From contig CM119266.1 in assembly GCA_051294375.1 (NCBI GenBank), positions 8,580,606 through 8,644,605 of the forward strand: a stretch of DNA of 64,000 bases. The letters run 5' to 3'. A program made the translations under genes and the position numbers. Positions within the stretch are counted from its first letter, which is position 1, and each line of letters starts with the position of its first letter. Source of the stretch: Paraspadella gotoi (taxonomy: Eukaryota > Animalia > Chaetognatha). Positions 40,797-61,915 of this stretch are shown one piece after another. The notes beneath the pieces are model-generated. The model had not been told where the DNA came from, did not search any database, and was given only the letters and a program-made list of their open reading frames with translations.

Positions 40797-43188
40797 GGAG
40801 TCTTTGGCGACGACGACAACGCATGGAAATCGAATGAAACTAATTATTTAAAGTTTTGCAAAATTTTACTTCAGAGTTTAATCCGTGGAAACTGGAAAAA
40901 AGCGTTATTTGGAAAGCGAATGTAAACAACAGAGTCAAAACAAAACTAACCTGTTGCGCAATGACATTAGTTAGCACTTCTCACAGTTTAAAATAAACAT
41001 TTCGAAACTCTTTGAAGCTTCAACTGGTGACTACTAGGGATTTGAAAGGTTATGAAAACCGAAATTTCCCTTGGATTTCAACGACAAAAATCCATGAACC
41101 AAGAATGAATTGAGCTGCTGGAATTTTCGCGATCATATGTAAAAACTCAAAATAGTAAATTACATAGGTTTATATGTACAATGTACATTTCATCGGCGAA
41201 AAAGAGGAATAACAGCTTTGAATTCTGAGAGATATAAGAAAAGGAAGTGGCGAGAGGAAGAGAGTAATTCTTTCGTCCGGAGATCAAAAGGGATAAAGAA
41301 GGGAAAAAGTGTGAAGGAGGCTATAGGAGGATTAAAAAGAAATAATACAAATTTGACTTTGTCCCAAATTTCATTACTGCCAATGAAATGGCACAAAGCC
41401 CTCAGATTATGTCTGGCATCAAGAAAAAACGGCTCTTCCGAAGTTAGGGGCAAGACAGATTGTCTATTGAAAGAATGAATGAATAATTTGTGCATTTTAT
41501 GAAACAATCTAAAAAAGAAACTTCATAAAAATTATATTCAGTCCATACTACATAAATTGATGCCAAGATAATCACGATTCCCATCACGCCCACCAAGTTG
41601 TCATTCGACGGCCCTGAAAAGGACCATTTGTTTCTCCCATAGTCCCAAGAAACTTCTTGTGTCCGATCAGTGACTAGATAATAGTAGATATATCCACTGA
41701 GTTTGCCTCAAGATCCACTGATGACAAAAGAGGCAAATGAAGGTCGCTCTTTCATAAAGTTAAAAGGCTTCGGAGCACATGAAATGTACAAAAAATGTAC
41801 ACCAGAAATTTTCAGAATTTTTGAAATTTTTCTTTAGAGATCTTGTTTTTATAAAGTCTTAAACAATAAAGGAGATATTGATAAAAATAATATCCCAAGA
41901 CAAATAATTTCAGTATCAGATGGGAGCAGAAGGGTGATAGCCTATGTTGGTGAGGAAATCCAGAAATTTCTCAAAAACGAGAGAAAAAGCTCATACTCGT
42001 AGGAAAGTGATTCAATCTTACGTTTCCTTCAAGTTGCATTAACTTACATAATGACAAAATTTTTTGTCAAACATTTTAAGGCAAAAAAATTAACAAAAAA
42101 ATTTAAATATTATTCAAACAACATACTTTTGGGTAAATCCATGAGAAAATTTTGACACGAAAGATTACGCGGGAAAAAAATCCGCAGGAAGCGGACGAGA
42201 TGATGTGAATGGAAAATAAGGAAAGGGAAAAGAAAAGAAGAAAAGGGAAGAAAGACCAAAGTGTATCCAATTGCAGACAAGAGGGGAGATTATCGGAGCG
42301 AGTCCCCCCTCCCCAGTATCGACAAATAATAAAAAACGAATCTATCACCAATTAATTATTATTAATAAAAAGCTATAAGAGTTTTGAGATGCTTCTGTTA
42401 AAATCTCAATTCTGGAAAGTATCTCCAAATGTTTTTGTTGATCGGATCATTTCTTACAAAATATTTTTGGTTTGTTTATTTCTAGGTATATTTAATCGTG
42501 AACCAAAACACCAAAATTATCATCCATTCGACTAAAAACCTACAAAGAGTTCCGTTTCACACTTTCTCGTTCGTGAGCTTCTCTCTTCAACGAGATAGAC
42601 AAGGCCTCCGATGTCAGTTGCCTCTTGCGATTCGAAAATTAAAATAGTAACTGATTAGTTTTTAGCCAATTTATTATTCAATTTAATTTTTTTTTAGCAA
42701 AACGAAACAAAACGCGACGACGGATCCACGAAAAAATCGCCTCGAGGCGAAGCAGTTTTTAAATCTTGAAAACAGTTATTTTTCGCTCCGGATATTTTTT
42801 CTGTTGTTGACGATCGAAACGAAGTCCATCCGAATCATTTTGTCACCCGAAATAAAAGAAGGGAAGTAGAGAAACTTCTTTCCAAAATGAACCATTTGTT
42901 TTACCCCTGACAAACTTTCGAACAATTTTTTTTCTTCCTGCGTTTCTTTTTTCTAAATATAGATTCTTTCAAAGCTAACAGTTTCCCCGAATTCCTTTCT
43001 TTATTATCGCCCTTTACCCCTCCCGTTTTCCTCATTTCCCCACTTCCCTCTTTTTCTTACTAATCCACCAAAGTGTTTTTTTTTCGAAAGGAATGTAACG
43101 ACGATTTCATTCGAAGGTAGATGAGGAGGAGGCAGGCGAAGAGAAACGGGCGCTAATCGGGCCGGCGTCGGCGTCGGCTTCGTCGGCG

Positions 43189-47695
<4,507 letters not shown>

Positions 47696-48042
47696 TTTCA
47701 AAGTGTCTTTTGTTTTTGTTTTCTTTCTTCGGTTTTCAACGGGTTTAGCGATCGAGGGGGGAAGGGGAGAAGGAAGCGAGGGTTAAGTCGAATGTAGCAT
47801 TGATTCGGCGTTAGAGGGAGAGAGAGGGAAGGAGAGAAAACGATTTGTTCGTTTCAAGCGCGGAAACGAGAAGGGCTTTTCATCTGAAAAAAAAAAAAAA
47901 AAAGCGGGAAAGCGTAGATTGACGAGAGCCGAAGCCCTACGTAGCTACTCTATCGGAGAGAGACAATCATGAAATTCGCGACGTGATATTAATTTTCACA
48001 GCCGCCTATGCCTTCCTTTTTTTTTTCTAGATTCGCGATTTT

Positions 48043-48217
48043 AGATTCTAAGTATGTTATAAACTTTCTTTTTCGTTGTGTATAGATATTAGTGAAAAGT
48101 TTAAATGAGTTTCAACAACGATGAAGGCTTAAAATGCAAGCCGAAACATGTCCGTTTTCATTTGAAAATAAAAATCGTTGTTGAAACTAATTTAAACTTT
48201 TCACTAAGATTCTAAGT
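48043..48217 (+). mobile_element. Penelope-like non-autonomous insertion with hammerhead remnant
   Basis: 11-bp direct repeat AGATTCTAAGT (48043-48053 and 48207-48217). A 34-bp inverted repeat (48089-48122 / 48174-48207, one mismatch) encloses ATGA-A-GGCTT..AAGCC-GAAA-CATG-TC and AATAAA. Confidence 0.65.
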
Positions 48218-48686
48218 GAAAGATTAACAAAAATCATTGTAAACCAAAACCGTTCAAATAAAGTATAAAATAATCAAACAGCAACAATCAAATTAGTGTA
48301 CTTTGATGATGAACAGAACATGAAAAAAATCACAGTTAAACTTGTTCCATCGCGATTGAAATAACAATTAATAAATTAAGAATCGGTTTCGGTGATAATT
48401 TCGTAGATCACTGTGTATTGTGTATACTAGAGGCGAGGTGTAAATTGATCACAGTGTAAAGAAGCTGTGGCGATAATACTTATCAAAGAGTAGTTTTTTG
48501 AGTATAAACTATGTTTCGAACGAAGGCTATGAGAGCGGTTTTAAAGCTGTCTATTCAAATGAGTCAATTGAGCTCGAAAAATAAGTTTTTAAATCTTATG
48601 AGGCTTCTGAATAACGGAAAATATCCCGATGTACTGTAGGTATATTTTATCTTTTTTTAGTTTTTTCGCAGTCAACGCCCGCCAAG

Positions 48687-51108
48687 TCAAACCGGGTCGC
48701 CCTTCGGAAGCGGATATTCCTTCGGGGCGAAGCGATTTCTCATCAGGTCCTCGTCAATGGGCCATTGCTCAACGCAAGTGGCGAGACCTCCCGCCCGTTT
48801 CGCGTTGCTAAGAGACGGAAACTTTATCGTCGATTTTGATTCGTTCTTAATCTTCGGCATCGATGAAGATGCGTCGATGTTGGGAAGAGAGAGGACGGAG
48901 TCGGAAGGGGCTTGAATGGCAGCGGCGGAGTCTTCAGCGGTGCTGTTGACGGGGGTGACAACAGCGGAGGCGTCGTCGGGGCGGTCGACGTCGATAGAGA
49001 CACCGACGACCATGAGTCCTTCTTGCAACTTGGATCGTCGCTCTCTGTCGCGTCTCTTCGATGTCACCTGGTGAGATGAGATTCAACTGTCTCTGTCTCG
49101 ATTTCGAAAAAGCACTCGTACACACCTCAGCATCGGCGTAGAGATGCTCTGATATTTCATACAAAGAGTCTTCGATGAAAGAATCGTCCGCATCCTCCTA
49201 TGAATTTAAATATTTGGACAGGAAAATTATAATTCGATTCACTCTTGCGCTAAATATAAAGCAGTTTACCTCGACTAAACTAGCCAAATCTAAATCCCTT
49301 CTTAAATGAGCCGGCGTGGAGATTCGATGTCCCCAGATCGATGTCGATCTTAATCCAACACCACCCGCTCCTAGACCAGCTCCTCGACCCATTTCAATTC
49401 CCGCTCCACCGACTCCGCTGATTCCACCAACCTTCCCCTCGATCGCCGGAAGCGAGACAACAGGCTGAGAGGCAGAAAGGCTCTCGTAGAGTGGCAGCGC
49501 AAAATGGCGAAGAGTCGGGGATCGGTCGAGGAGTTTGAGAATGTCCGACTTAGAGGATTTGGAAGATGATTTGGTAGGAGATTTGGCGGGGGATACTGAG
49601 CGGCAGGGAGTTGCTTCATACACAACTGAGGTCCCTCCTGTTGCCAAAGTGTCTTCGTCTTCGTCGTCGTCCCAAGGCCACGATTTCTCTTCTTCCTCAT
49701 CCATCTCCCTCCGCCCGTCAATGATCCTTCAAAAAGGGATGCCAATATAGTATTGTTATTATTATTTATTACTATTTAAGATACTTTTTAGTTTTTACTA
49801 TCACTTAATTCCACAAATTTACTTTCCAACGAGTTCAAGATTTTCCTCTTCCATCTTTCCCGTTTCAGCTTCCAAATCCTCAATCGCCCGACGATAAACC
49901 GATAGAGAACGAGACAACCATCGATGCTCCTTCGATTCAATTCTAAAAAGAGGTAAAAGATTGAGAGGGAGACATTAAAATCCGCCCTCCCTATCCACCA
50001 CCGTCCTACCTATACTCCCCTCTCTCCATCTTCTCCCTCATCTTCTCCATCGCCTTCTCTACCTCCCTCTTCTTCGCCTCCTCCGCCGCCTTCTCGATTC
50101 GTCGCCGACTTTGGCCGACAACTCGTCGGGCGAGATCCGCGTCGGCCACGAAGTCGGCGTCGGCGTCTTTAAGGCTGCGGAGGAGGGACGAGATGGCGTC
50201 GGCGTCTTCGGCGGCGCCGGCGGAGCGGTATCTATGATAGATTAGATAACAAATAAGTTTATTAATAAAAAAATTTTCAAAGTTTTCAACAACATGATTT
50301 TTCACCTCTTTAGCCGCCTCGCTTCCTTCTTTGCCTCCTCCAACTTTTTCTCAACTTTCCTCTCTTCCTTCTCCAATTCCTCTATTTCATTCTTCCTCCT
50401 CAACGTCCTTTCTCTCGCCATCTCCCTCTCCGCCTCCACGTCAGCCCGTCGAGCCTCCGTTCCTGCAGCCACCACCCGCAGTCCCTCGCCCAGGTTGAGC
50501 GTCTCGCCAGGAATCCAAGAGTCTCCCACCCCGTGGGAGAGGAATCTGAGGGTGGCAAAGAGAGGAAGAGGAAAAAAAGACGGCGAAGGGAAAATGGATA
50601 GAGAAGATGGAAAAAAGGAAAGAAGAAGATGACAAAATACAAGAAAAGAAGGGAGAGGTGGGTAAATAGAAAAAATAAATAAACTACCCTGGCCTCGCTT
50701 GCCAAGATTTTTCCGTCTTTTCACGCCTACTCCTTTTCTTCCCTTCAACGCTTAAATTTTTGAATAACAAATGAACACACCTTCTAAAAACTTCGGCTTG
50801 TCTTTTCATTTTCTTCGATAATCTTTTTTTGTCGTTTCTCAAATCGATCAAATCTTTCTGAACGACGAGGATTTTCTCCTCCAAAGACTCCGTCTCTATT
50901 TTCAACTCGAAAGTCTCCTGAAGATTTAGCGGAAAATATAAAAATAAACATTTTTTGAAGAAATCCGGTAATAAAAGAAACCGACTGCCACGCCCACCTT
51001 TTCCGCTACGGAGATGCGATGAGCGTCTATGATGAGTCTGACGGAGGCAGGATCGAGGGCGGGGAATCCGTCATCGTCCTTGGGACCTCTTCGTCCTCGC
51101 GTCTTCAT
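48687..51108 (-). CDS. CCDC83: Coiled-coil domain-containing protein 83-like
   Basis: Eight to nine phase-compatible exons. YRSAGAAEDADAISSL, EHRWLSRSLSVYRRAIEDLEAETGKMEEENLELV and C-terminal WPIDEDLM resemble CCDC83 as remembered. Confidence 0.65.
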
Positions 51109-51527
51109 TTTTATTTTTTTGCGAATCAATTAATTTGACAATTTACATTTATAAGTGAATGTAAGAGGAGCGTTGTTTTTGTCTTCATGATCCAGATGTA
51201 TGAGTAGTAGTAGTAGTAAATATTTGGCCTAATTTTTTAGTTTGGCTTTTCTCGTGGACTTTGGTATGAATTTAATTCTCAAGGCAGTGATTGTTTATGA
51301 TTTAGTATTTACTTATCGGTCTGAACACGTAAGGAAAATAATAAAAGCCTCTCAGTATCTTGTAAACTTATTACAATAGAAAAAACAATTATGTACTATA
51401 AAAGTTGCATTAACGCTAATAAAATTAGGAATGACAGTTTCTCTTAGTATGACAAAGAAAAAAAATGTGTTGAAAAATTATGAAATTGAAAAAACTTTAT
51501 AAACAAATCTTTTGGGGACACTTTAAG

Positions 51528-51980
51528 CTAGACTTCGTCTTTCATAATCCCCATCCCACCGTCTTCTCCGTTGATGGCCAACAGTTCCACCTCGAAGTAG
51601 AGGGTGGCATCGGCGGGGATCTTGGGCGGCGCCCCCCGCGCCCCGTAGCCCATGTCGGAGGGGATGACGAGCTTGCGCTTCTCGCCCACGCACATATTGA
51701 GAAGGCCCTGATCCCATCCCTTGATGACCTGGCCCGTGCCCAGGGTGAAGACAAAGGGCTCATTACGCCCCACGCTGCTGTCAAATTCGGACCCGTCTTC
51801 AAGGGTGCCGGTGTAGTGCATTGAGAGACTATCACCGGCCTTGGTCCGCCGATCGCAGGTAGGGGGCCGTTTCTTGATGCCGATCTGTAGTTTAGTCACC
51901 TTCTTTTTAGATTCGGAGGCAGAGGCAAAGAGTGCGAGGAGGAGGAAGAAAGAGAGCGCGAGACGGAGGCCAAGCATCAT
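51528..51980 (-). CDS. FKBP2: ER peptidyl-prolyl isomerase FKBP2/FKBP13
   Basis: Signal peptide, [56 protein letters not shown]-terminal KDEV. Single coding exon. Confidence 0.97.
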   Translation of the reverse strand: MMLGLRLALSFFLLLALFASASESKKKVTKLQIGIKKRPPTCDRRTKAGDSLSMHYTGTLEDGSEFDSSVGRNEPFVFTLGTGQVIKGWDQGLLNMCVGEKRKLVIPSDMGYGARGAPPKIPADATLYFEVELLAINGEDGGMGIMKDEV

Positions 51981-52139
51981 GGCAGATTGTGCTTAAGGCG
52001 AGTAGAATTGATTGCTTGGTGCAACTGTTTAGGAGATCACAGGTTAAATTTTATACTGAAAATGAAATAAAAATATAAACATCAGACAAGAATATGACAA
52101 AAGAATACTGTAAAAATATATAAAAATTATTAAAAAAAA

Positions 52140-52527
52140 TCTTTTGAGTCCTTTCACATTCCCATCCCTTTTGATGGCCATCAGTTCCACCGAGAAGTAA
52201 AGAGAGGCATTGGAGGGGATCCTTGGGGGCGCCCGCTGCGCCCCATAGCCTAATTCGGAGGGCATGGCGGGCTTTCGCTTCTCGCCAACGCACATGTTTA
52301 GAAGGCCCTGCTCCCATCCCTTGATGACCTGGCCCTTGCCCAGGGTGAAGCCTAAAGGCTTGGCGGCACACTCTGCTGTCAAACACGGACCCGTCCGCGA
52401 GAGTGCCAGTGTAGTGTAATGAGATACAATCGCCGTTCTGATGCCGATCTGCAGTTTGGTTTTCGTAGATTCCGACGGCGACGAGAGCGAAGAGAAACAA
52501 AAAGAGAATGAGATGGAGGCCAAGCAA
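52140..52527 (-). pseudogene. FKBP2 tandem pseudogene
   Basis: FKBP motifs are split over two frames (SLHYTGTLADGSVFDS / [26 protein letters not shown]), with deletions and a TTG in place of the ATG. Confidence 0.85.
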
Positions 52528-53414
52528 AGTGGAAGGTACAGTGATTAAAGCGGTTTTAATCGAATGCTAAGTGCGACTGCTTGGTGCCGATTAGTTATTG
52601 AGATCTCAGATTAATCTTATCTGGAAAGCAAACGTTCAAAATTCAAACACCTGTTGTAGTTTCATACAATAGTCCAATACAATTTTGTAAGAATAAATTT
52701 TATGACGAAATATGTAAATGTTTTTCGCGTTTTTTTTTCCCTTTTATTCCAGGAAAGCGATAACCGAAGGCCGTAGGCGGTGACGCAGAGACAGGCGGCA
52801 ATTGCCTGGAGAAAGACCTGAGGAAACTTAGCTCTCGCCATTTGAAAAAATTATCGCGAGAAAAAAATTTAGAACGCACCTCCATCATAAAATAATTTTT
52901 TAACGGAATAATCCTTATTTCTGATTCTCGATTCTGGTTACTAAAATGAGAGCTAGAAAGAGTTATTGAGTGGAAATAGCTTTTTAGTCAAAGAGAAAAT
53001 GAAAGCTTTGGAAAGGGAAAAGATATGAAAAAGTTGGGCAAAGGGAGAAATGAGCGAGAAAGAAATTTTGATTGAAAGCCGGAAAAAATCGTTACTAATC
53101 TTTTCTAATGATTTATTATTAGACTAATAATCACGGGTCAATTAAAAAATATATAATCTAGCGATTCAAAAAAATATCATGGACGATTGACAAATTTCAC
53201 AGCATAGAAAAAGGCCTAAGCTTTGAGAACAACCGATACAAGTACGAAACCTGCCGAGAGTATTTGTCGCTATTATTGCACGAGGAACAACATAAAAATA
53301 AAAGAACTTGCACCACGTAGCATAAGTTGTAGTACATAAATGCGAATATTACTTTACCATGTCTTTTAAACGATGGTTGATTGAATAGATTGATTAGGTA
53401 TATTTGTAATACTT

Positions 53415-53590
53415 TCGAGGGCATAATTTTATTTTGGCCGACCGGGGTTTGTGGGGGTTTAGGGTTAGGGGTGGTTAGGGTTAGCATGGTTTAGGGTAAG
53501 GGTATTTACGTAATAATCTTTTTTAAAAATAAATATTTCAAGAGATTTTTTAAAAGACCCCGGTCGGCGAAAGTGAAATTTTACCCTTTT
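53415..53590. mobile_element. MITE-like element with ~33-bp inverted repeats and internal TTAGGG-like repeats
   Basis: agggcataattttattttggccgaccggggt / accccggtcggcgaaagtgaaattttaccct flank gtttagggttaggggtggttagggttagc. Confidence 0.65.
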
Positions 53591-53672
53591 GAGATTCAGT
53601 TATGGCGTACGCGGTGGTTTTTGACTAGGTCTAAAAAAAGCCTCGTAAATTAATGTAATGTTTTTTCAAGAT

Positions 53673-56766
<3,094 letters not shown>

Positions 56767-57176
56767 TGTTGCGAGGGCGTTTGCGTTAGATTTGTTTCGT
56801 TTTGTAACCTAAATCATATCACAGCTCGCGAGATGCTAAAAAGTAAAATAAAAAAACAAAAAGCAAATTGAATGTTTTAATCCCAGCAATGAGGACAATG
56901 AGGCAATATAATTGATGTTTTAGGGAGCGCGATTGTTTTTGACGACTTAAGTTCTGAGCATTAGGTTTTGAAAAATAATGGAAACCTTGAACTTTTAATG
57001 TTCAGTTGACCGCTGATTCAGAAAATATTCTGAAAAACAATAACAACGAAACTGTATAAACTTGAAAACAACGAATTAACAAAGATATTCTTGGATCTCG
57101 GCGAATTCTGACGTGACGATGTGTAAGGGAAGAGGGTTAAACCAAGTAAGGGAAGGGTAAAGAGAACAATTTTATG

Positions 57177-58893
57177 CTACGAAAGACAAACTCGTTTCTT
57201 TTTCATCTCAAGTTCGTCAGAGTTGGATTTTCTCTTCTCACAAATTGAGTTTCGTTTTGCCGTCGCATCTCGGCTCTCGTTTTCAACACAATCCGTCCGT
57301 CCATTTCTTGACGAACTTCGCGGGTTAACTTCAAGCGCACTTTCCTTTACGGATGCAGAACTCAAGGGCGTCACATTTTCCTCAGCCATTTTGTCATCAG
57401 TTTTCGACGTCTCACACGGCTGTCGTTGCACGACTCTTGCGGGGTCGACTGAGGAATCTCTATTTGTCTCTTTTTCATCCTTTGACGATTCGTTTCCCTT
57501 TTGTTCTGCGTCAAAATTTGAGGGCATATGTTCGTTCTCCGCTGCGACAACTATGTATAGGAATAATCAAGAAACATTTTTAGAGATAGGATATTCTTTC
57601 TCCGCTTTTTTTTATTTCCTTATCCACATTCAATTCTCCCCTTAATGGCCTCACTTTTTTTCGTCTCCATCTTCATCCGGTCCTTGATCTTCCTCAATCT
57701 CTCCATCTGCGCCTTCGTCTTGGCGCCGCAGTCGACGCTGCGCTGGATCGTCACGGCGCCGCCGCCGCTTTTCCGCGTCAGGCCGTGACGAAGGACAGCG
57801 TCGAAGTTCCTGCGTCGAAAACAAAATAAAGAAATTGATTAATAAAAAAAAATAAAATGAAACAAATGCTTGAAGATAATGATCCAACCCTTTGAACTCA
57901 CTTAGTGACGGCGTCTTTGGCTTGACTCTGATTCATCCCGAACAAAACTCCAAGATTCATGAGGTCGTAGGGTCCGCGGACTTCGTTGGGCTTCGCCGCT
58001 CCGAGGGACAAGATCACGTTTTTGCCTAAACATAAAGACGAGTTTTAAATTTAGGTTTCTAACATAAGGCTATAGGCTTATTATTATCTATTTTGATCAT
58101 TATTAGTTGACATTCTCGTGCCAAAAAATTGACCTTTGGTTACTGAGATGATTTTGCGGGCGAATGTAATGAGATTTTGTTTCGCGTTCGTCGATGATCT
58201 TAATCCGGGAGAAATGCAGATCTCAAAGTGAAGCCCGCGGGAGATGGCCACCTTGGGGGGGGGGGGAGAGAAAGGTGTGAAAAGGATAAAAAAGGAGAAT
58301 TTAAAACCAACCAAATCCCAAAACCCTCCAAAAAAAACCCCCTCACCTTGACGATATTGTGATTGAGCTTGAAAGCGGGCGCGTTGCCGGCGCCGTAATT
58401 GAAGGTGAGAAGGTCAACGGTTTCGGCGTCGGAACAAATTTTATGAAAGATTTTCTCGTCGTTTGGTTCGACGGCGACGACGTCGTAGTTCATCGCGACG
58501 GAGGACGCCATCTTGTTGAGTTGGATCGGGTCGGTTATTGGGAAGGTGAGGCGTGAATAGAAGCGGCAGCCCTCTGAGGAATGGGTACAAATTAGAGGAA
58601 AGAAACGAGCTCGGATTAATTCGGTTTTCTGTCTTAAAACGGAATCCTATATATATATTTTTTTTTAAATACTTGCCAGTCGCCCTTAACTTTCCAAAAT
58701 CCCTACATTTGGATCTCCTCTTACTTACCCCTTTCCGGCGAGTCACCCGGCGGCGGAACTTGCGGCTGCGGCGATTCCCTTCCTTCGTCTTTCTTCTTCT
58801 TTCCCGCGACTCGACGCCAGATGGAGTCGATCTCGGTGTTGATGCAGAACCGACGGAAGCCTTTGGGGAAAGGAGAGAAGTCAATATGACTCA

Positions 58894-58953
<60 letters not shown>

Positions 58954-59123
58954 TCACCGACTCTCCGCTCCAAATCGATGACTCCTTTTCGCGTTTCCTC
59001 TGTTTTACAAAGAATCGACGAGTCGGCGAAGTCAGATAATTTCGAGTTCGAACCCCGATCGAACAGAGAGACCTCGTCTCCAGAAGGCTCATCTCCGAAT
59101 GGGAGAAGAGGAAGGTTGTTCAT
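57177..59123 (-). CDS. RPP30: RNase P/MRP protein subunit p30
   Basis: Seven exons: FAD..GFRRFCIN, YSRLTF, YDVVAVEP, AISRGLHFEI, GKNVILS, EVRGPYDLMNLGVLFG; charged C-terminal tail. Confidence 0.92.
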
Positions 59124-59453
59124 TGTTTTTGTATCACAGTCTTCGTTCGTCCCCAAAAAAAGAGTTTATCACAAAAATAACATTGCCTTATTTTTAAAAT
59201 AATATTTATAACTAATGAGCAACAAACTTCTTAATGAAGAATGAATAAAGATGATCATCTAGTCATAATCAGATGTACATCTGCAGATGTACTGATATAC
59301 AACAAATCTTGGGATCTACGCTGATAACGAACGAGTAGGAAAGGGACGTGATGAAATGACAAAACGGGGAAAAGGAGGGAAAAAATGAAGTCAATGACAT
59401 TAAGGGAGGGCCCAACCAAAGAGTCAATTTGTCCCAAATATCCAAGAGTTCCG

Positions 59454-60999
59454 TCACAATTCCCCGATATAGATCCTCTTATCGTTGGAGGCGGAGGCGA
59501 TGATCGGCTCCGTCGGGTGGAAATCGACTTCGTTGACTGAACCCGCGTGACCGGGGAGTTTGTAAAGGATCCGTCGCGTCGTCGTGTCCCACACGTAGAC
59601 GAATCTGGGGAGGAGAGGGGAAGAGAGAGAAAGAGGATGAAGGGTGAGTTTCCTAGTGTCCCACTCGGTTCGTCCGTACGTCCATAAGTCAGTCCGCTAC
59701 CTGTCAGCAGATCCGGCGGTAATCTTCGAACCGTCGGCCGACCATCCGCATCGAAGGAGGTTCTTTTCAAAGTTGTGTTGATGACCCTGAAAACAGACAG
59801 AAAAAAATATACAAATGTTCCAATTAATACAACAAAAGCCAAGCCTCTCCCACCTGAAATATCTTAACGCATCTCTCCTTCGGCGCGTAGGGCCGCACGT
59901 CCCAGATCCTCAACGTGTCGTCCATGGAATTAGTGAGGATGTATGATCCGTCGGGACTCAGCTCCATCCCGGTCACGGTGTCGCTGTGGCCGCGCATCTT
60001 GTAGGACAAGGCGTTCTTTCTCATGTCCCAGACCTGAATGCGAAATGATTGTTAATGGGGTTAATTGGGCAACACCAATCTTCACTGTTGCCAGGAGAAA
60101 ATTTACGAGCTTTCTATTTGTCAACTTTACAATTGTAATAAACTTAACAATCTTATAATTTTCGCTTAACTTCGAAGTCCTTAACTTACCTTAATTTCAT
60201 TATCGATCCCCCCTGAGAAGACTTGCTCCGCCGTGTCGCTGAAGCTGACGGCGGTGACTTGGTAAGTGTTTTGGAAAGTGTGGATGGGCGACTTCTTGCG
60301 ATGATCCCAGACCATCACGGTTCCGTCGTCGGAGCCGGAGGCGACGAGTTGGGGGCCTCGACGAGCCACGTGGCAGGTGTTTACAAAGGACTGGTGGCCT
60401 TTGGAGAGAGCGTGGGTAAGACATGGTAAAAAAATCTACCAAATTTTATCTTCATCTTTTTTAAACAGACCTTTTAGCTTTTTAATCTTGACCCCGTACT
60501 CTGCGTCCCAAATGCCCAGCGACTTGTCCGTCGAAGCCGTGTAGAGATAGTCGCCGTCCGTGTTCCACTGCAACGCCATCACGGCGCCGTGATGGCCGCT
60601 CAGTTTGGCCACGTTGTCGCACTCGCCGTAGACGCGCCTAATGGAGGAAGAGGTAATGTTTAATATTCAGAGCAAGACAAACAAAGGTAATAAAACAAGC
60701 CATACCAGACAAGAACGCCGCGGTCGAAGCCGGCCGAGGCCAAGAGTTGACCGTCGGGGTGAAACTTGACGCAGAAAATGTCGCCGTCGTGACCCATGAG
60801 CAACATGATGGGTGCCTACGATAGAGAATGCAAGGGGATTTTACAAGATTCGCCTTTGACAAAATAATATGACATCAACTCCAATCACCATAAGATTAGA
60901 CGTTCTTTTCACTCCGGCCTCCACGACGGCGCCCGAATCCACCTTCGCCTTTTTCGTCGCCACCACCGCCATCTCCTCCGCCTTCCGCTTGGCCTCCAT
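59454..60999 (-). CDS. SNRNP40: U5 snRNP 40-kDa WD40 protein
   Basis: RTSNLMAPIMLLMGHDGDIF, TYQVTAVSFSD, GHSDTVTGMELSPDGSYILTNSMD, GHQHNFEKNLLRC, ILYKLPGHAGSVNEVDFHP..IYIGEL*. Confidence 0.97.
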
Positions 61000-61915
61000 C
61001 TCTGGGTTTTTGTATTACTTATAGATTTTATCGAAGTTTGATATTAATAAAAAGGCCAATGCGTTTGTAGGCAAATATTGTCTAAAGGGAAAAAAAAACA
61101 AATGCGTGAAATATCAATCGAATGGAAAGATATGTCAAAACAAAAGCGAAGACCAAAGCCGGCAAAGGAAAAATTTAAAACGAAAGACGAAAACGACGGA
61201 GTATTTATAACAGAAATGATAAAAACTAACAATATATAAAACTAGAAATTAGAACAAAACGCGTGGATAAACTCATTTGGTTTTATCTCTATCCACCTAT
61301 ATTCTTTCACACAAAAAAGAATCTCGGTTGCCAGAATATTGAATTAACGCCTCTGGAGGCAGATCAAAGTTAAATAAATGAATTAAATATGCACGAAAAT
61401 GAAAAAAATACAAGCTTTAATGAATTAATGAATCGGCAGACGAACCTCGTAACGATAAAAAAACAAACTACGGTTGGCACCTTAGAACGGGTAAGCTAAA
61501 TACTGTAATAATGTCTAAGCAATAATAATAATAATAAAAATAATAATACTAGTATTAACATCAATATTGCACTCAAAAACGACGCGATTTATCCTATTAC
61601 ATTTCTAATAATAAATTCGAAACCGTTGTTATACTAAAACCTAATCATAACAGTTTTCCCTAAGTCTAAAAAGTCGTCGTCGGAAAAGAGATTCTTAACT
61701 TTTTTTACGAGAAAAATGTGACATGGAGAAACGGTTCAAAACAGAAAAACATGGAAAAATCGTACAAAAAAAAACATTGAAAAATGGTAGAAAAAAAAAC
61801 GTGGAACAACGAGACGGAAATCGACGCGAGAAAGAATAAAGCCTCTCGAATCTCGATCGAGAAAAAAATGGGCGGAGCTATGAGGAAGGTGATCGTTGTT
61901 GTTGTTATGGTCCTC

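Noticed and set aside
41280-42050. Coding-like composition between the PPCDC pseudogene and Akt
   Set aside because: Frames contain multiple stops and no motif was recognised; possibly a decayed transposon.
50751-50780. 30-nt ultra-short intron in the CCDC83-like gene
   Set aside because: In frame and stop-free, so it may simply be coding; undecidable without cDNA.
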